From positions 1 through 13,722 of IMG/VR virus record IMGVR_UViG_2778261570_000018: a stretch of 13,722 nt of DNA. One strand, given 5' to 3'. The stretch is from a virus (taxonomy: Duplodnaviria > Heunggongvirae > Uroviricota > Caudoviricetes). Below the pieces are notes generated by a model that saw only the letters and a program-made list of their open reading frames with translations, did not search any database and was not told the origin of the DNA. Positions within the stretch are counted from its first letter, which is position 1. Each line of letters opens with the position of its first letter. The translations under genes and the position numbers were made by a program. Below, in pieces: positions 13,531 to 13,722 of this stretch.

Positions 13531-13559
13531 ATTTTACTAATCTACACTATGTTATGCAA
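13531..13559 (-). promoter_or_regulatory. Near-consensus sigma70 promoter for the small membrane protein gene
   Basis: Minus strand: TTGCAT (13559-13554), exactly 17 nt, TAAAAT (13536-13531). Confidence 0.6.
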
Positions 13560-13600
13560 TTTATTGGTATCATGCCCCGGCCTGACCGGGGCAAAAGCTA

Positions 13601-13722
13601 TTAACTAACAATCCAGTCCGTAGCAACAACATCCTCTGGAGCTAAATCAATAGCATGGATTTTCCCATCCCGGATAGTGCGCCAGTGCTTTCGTGATCCA
13701 CCTTCGGGCCACACCCATATAC
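13601..13722 (-). CDS. 3' end of an ORF continuing beyond the window (39 codons seen); C-terminus reminiscent of DUF2829
   Basis: The minus strand reads ...IWVWPEGGSRKHWRTIRDGKIHAIDLAPEDVVATDWIVS*, open to the window edge. The ending LAP.D..A.DW.IV resembles the DUF2829 C-terminal pattern (..W.PS..D.LADDWEIV). This fragment is too short to be sure. Confidence 0.3.
   Translation of the reverse strand, partial: IWVWPEGGSRKHWRTIRDGKIHAIDLAPEDVVATDWIVS

Noticed and set aside
13574-13592. GC-rich hairpin GCCCCGG/CCGGGGC as the terminator of the truncated minus-strand ORF
   Set aside because: On the minus strand the U-run precedes rather than follows the stem, and on the plus strand an A-run follows. 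It is not a canonical intrinsic terminator in either direction, so I record it only as a hairpin.
1-13722. Scan for CRISPR arrays, tRNA/rRNA genes, IS elements, integrase, reverse transcriptase (retron/DGR) or long tandem repeats
   Set aside because: I saw no regularly spaced direct repeats, no cloverleaf-compatible segments in the intergenic regions, and no transposase, integrase or RT-like ORFs. I cannot exclude short or degenerate repeats without a computational search.

Overview
The window opens in the last ~70 codons of glnS (+ strand) and its intrinsic terminator. From about nt 264 to the right edge everything looks horizontally acquired and largely phage-derived. I saw no integrase, tRNA, rRNA, IS element or CRISPR array. 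Layout: (i) 264-5980, minus strand, holds seven tightly packed, mostly translationally coupled genes: two unknowns, a gp27/gpD-like hub and a gp5/gpV-like spike, then, after a perfect 14-bp inverted repeat, an RdgC homologue, a compact C5-cytosine-methyltransferase-like protein and a Dam-family methylase. (ii) 6075-8137, plus strand, is an accessory cassette: higBA, an orphan COG5499/HigA-type HTH protein bracketed by two terminators, and a strikingly AT-rich gene for a membrane-anchored coiled-coil protein I cannot place in any family. (iii) 8149-11318, minus strand, holds a SWIM-like Zn-finger/coiled-coil protein, a 109-aa unknown, a second non-identical higBA module with its own palindromic operator and terminator, and a 217-aa unknown preceded by a structured leader plus terminator. 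(iv) 11587-13722 is an AT-rich block with two signal-peptide proteins, a small 2-TM protein with a near-consensus promoter, and a truncated ORF with a DUF2829-like C-terminus. All family assignments come from recognising motifs by eye, not from database searches, and GC statements are visual impressions. The best candidates for something new are the orphan HTH plus membrane/coiled-coil gene in the opposite-strand cassette, the isolated hub-spike module fused to an RdgC/methylase block, and the terminated structured leader at 11345-11460.
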